Source: Camelus ferus
Lineage: Eukaryota
Assembly: GCF_009834535.1 (NCBI RefSeq)
Contig: NC_045696.1
Span: 68,760,001-68,824,000 of the forward strand
DNA length: 64,000 nt
Reading direction: 5' to 3'
Part shown: one piece after another, positions 62,891 to 64,000 of the stretch
How positions within the stretch are numbered: position 1 is the first letter of the stretch
Layout: the number at the start of each line of letters is the position of its first letter
Translations under genes and position numbers: made by a program
The notes under the pieces: generated by a model
Told to the model about the DNA's origin: nothing
Database searches by the model: none
The model's input: the letters and a program-made list of their open reading frames with translations, nothing else

Positions 62891-63690
62891 TTTTTTTATT
62901 AAATTGAACTATAATTGCTTTACAATGCTGTATTAGTTTCAGGTATACAGCAAAGTGATTCCTTCATATATAAATTCTTTTTCAGATTCTTTTCCACTAT
63001 AGGTTATTATAAGATATTGAATGTACTTCCCTGTGCTATACAGTAGGTCTCTGTCTTTTGTCTATTTTATATATAGCTGTGTGTATTTGTTAATCCCAAA
63101 CTCCTAATTTATCCCTCCCCCCACCCCTCTCCCCTTTGGTAACCATAAATTTGCTTTCTATGTCTGGGGATCTCTTTCTGTTTTGTAAATAAGTTTATTT
63201 GTATCATTTTTTTTAGATTCCACAGTAAGTGATATCATGTGATATTTGTCTTTGACTTCACTTACTATGATGATCTCTAGGTCCATCCATGTTGCTGAAA
63301 ATGGCATTATTTCATTCTTTTTTATGCTGAGTAATATTCCATTGTATATATATACCACATTTTCTTTATCCAGTCATCTGTTGATAGACACTTAGGTTCC
63401 TTCCATGTCTTGACCATTGTGAAGTGCTGCTATGAACACTGGGGCTCATGTATCTTTAAATTAATTATGTTCAGTAGTGGGATTACTGGATGGCATGGTA
63501 ACTCTATTTCTAGTTTTTTAAAGAGACTCAATACTGTTCTCCATAGTGGCTGCACCAATTTACATTCCAACCTAAAGTGTAGGAGGGTTCTCTTTTCTCC
63601 ATGCCCTCTCCAGCACTTATTATTTGTAGACTTTTTTGATAGCCATTCTGAGTGGTGTGAGGTGATCTTGATTTGCATTTCTCATTGTGG
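62891..63690 (-). mobile_element. LINE-1 3' fragment
   Basis: T-rich tail; ORF2 C-terminal peptides on - ([11 protein letters not shown]..., [25 protein letters not shown]). Confidence 0.9.
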
Positions 63691-63737
63691 TTTTGATCAT
63701 AGCATTATCTATTCATTGGGAAAATAGAACGTAGCTT

Positions 63738-63750
63738 TATATATATATAA

Positions 63751-63790
<40 letters not shown>
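63738..63790. repeat. (TA)n(CA)n compound microsatellite
   Basis: Seen directly. Confidence 0.95.
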
Positions 63791-63792
<2 letters not shown>

Positions 63793-64000
63793 TTCTGAGC
63801 GTCTATAGCTTTGGCAAAGGCAAAATTTCCCTCTCCAAAACCCCCGTAGACACTCCAGATCTCCACCCAGATTCTCTCCTCTCTGTAGATGCCCCCATCC
63901 CTCAGCTAGGAATATTGCAAATGCTGATGGTTCACTGGAAATAGCCCACATGGTAGGCTCCCAAAGGCCAATGACTAGCTGATTCAAGCATCCAAAGGCC

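Overview
Mammalian genomic DNA, probably a camelid (inferred from a Vic-1-like tRNA-derived SINE). The + strand carries the 3' part of the complement lectin-pathway gene MASP1: shared exons for CUB1 (part), EGF, CUB2, CCP1 and CCP2, plus all three alternative 3' ends. These are the short MAp44/MAP-1 terminal exon (18320-18372, absent from the ORF track), the single-exon MASP-3 protease domain (27104-27987) and the six-exon MASP-1 protease domain (33600-42982). The first MASP1 exons lie upstream of the window. RTP1 (two coding exons, 263 aa) lies convergently on the - strand, the same gene order as in human. The rest is intronic or intergenic, with L1, L2, MIR, MER5, MaLR, ERV1 and ERVL relics. 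All splice phases close and both genes look intact. I found no wholly new gene system. The most unusual items are a near-perfect 78-bp inverted duplication in the RTP1 intron, a 137-nt AG-exclusion zone with RBFOX motifs at the MAp44 exon, two RFX X-boxes at the RTP1 promoter, and substitutions in the MASP-1 protease domain. Exon numbers follow the human gene. Human sequence comparisons are from memory and need confirming by alignment.
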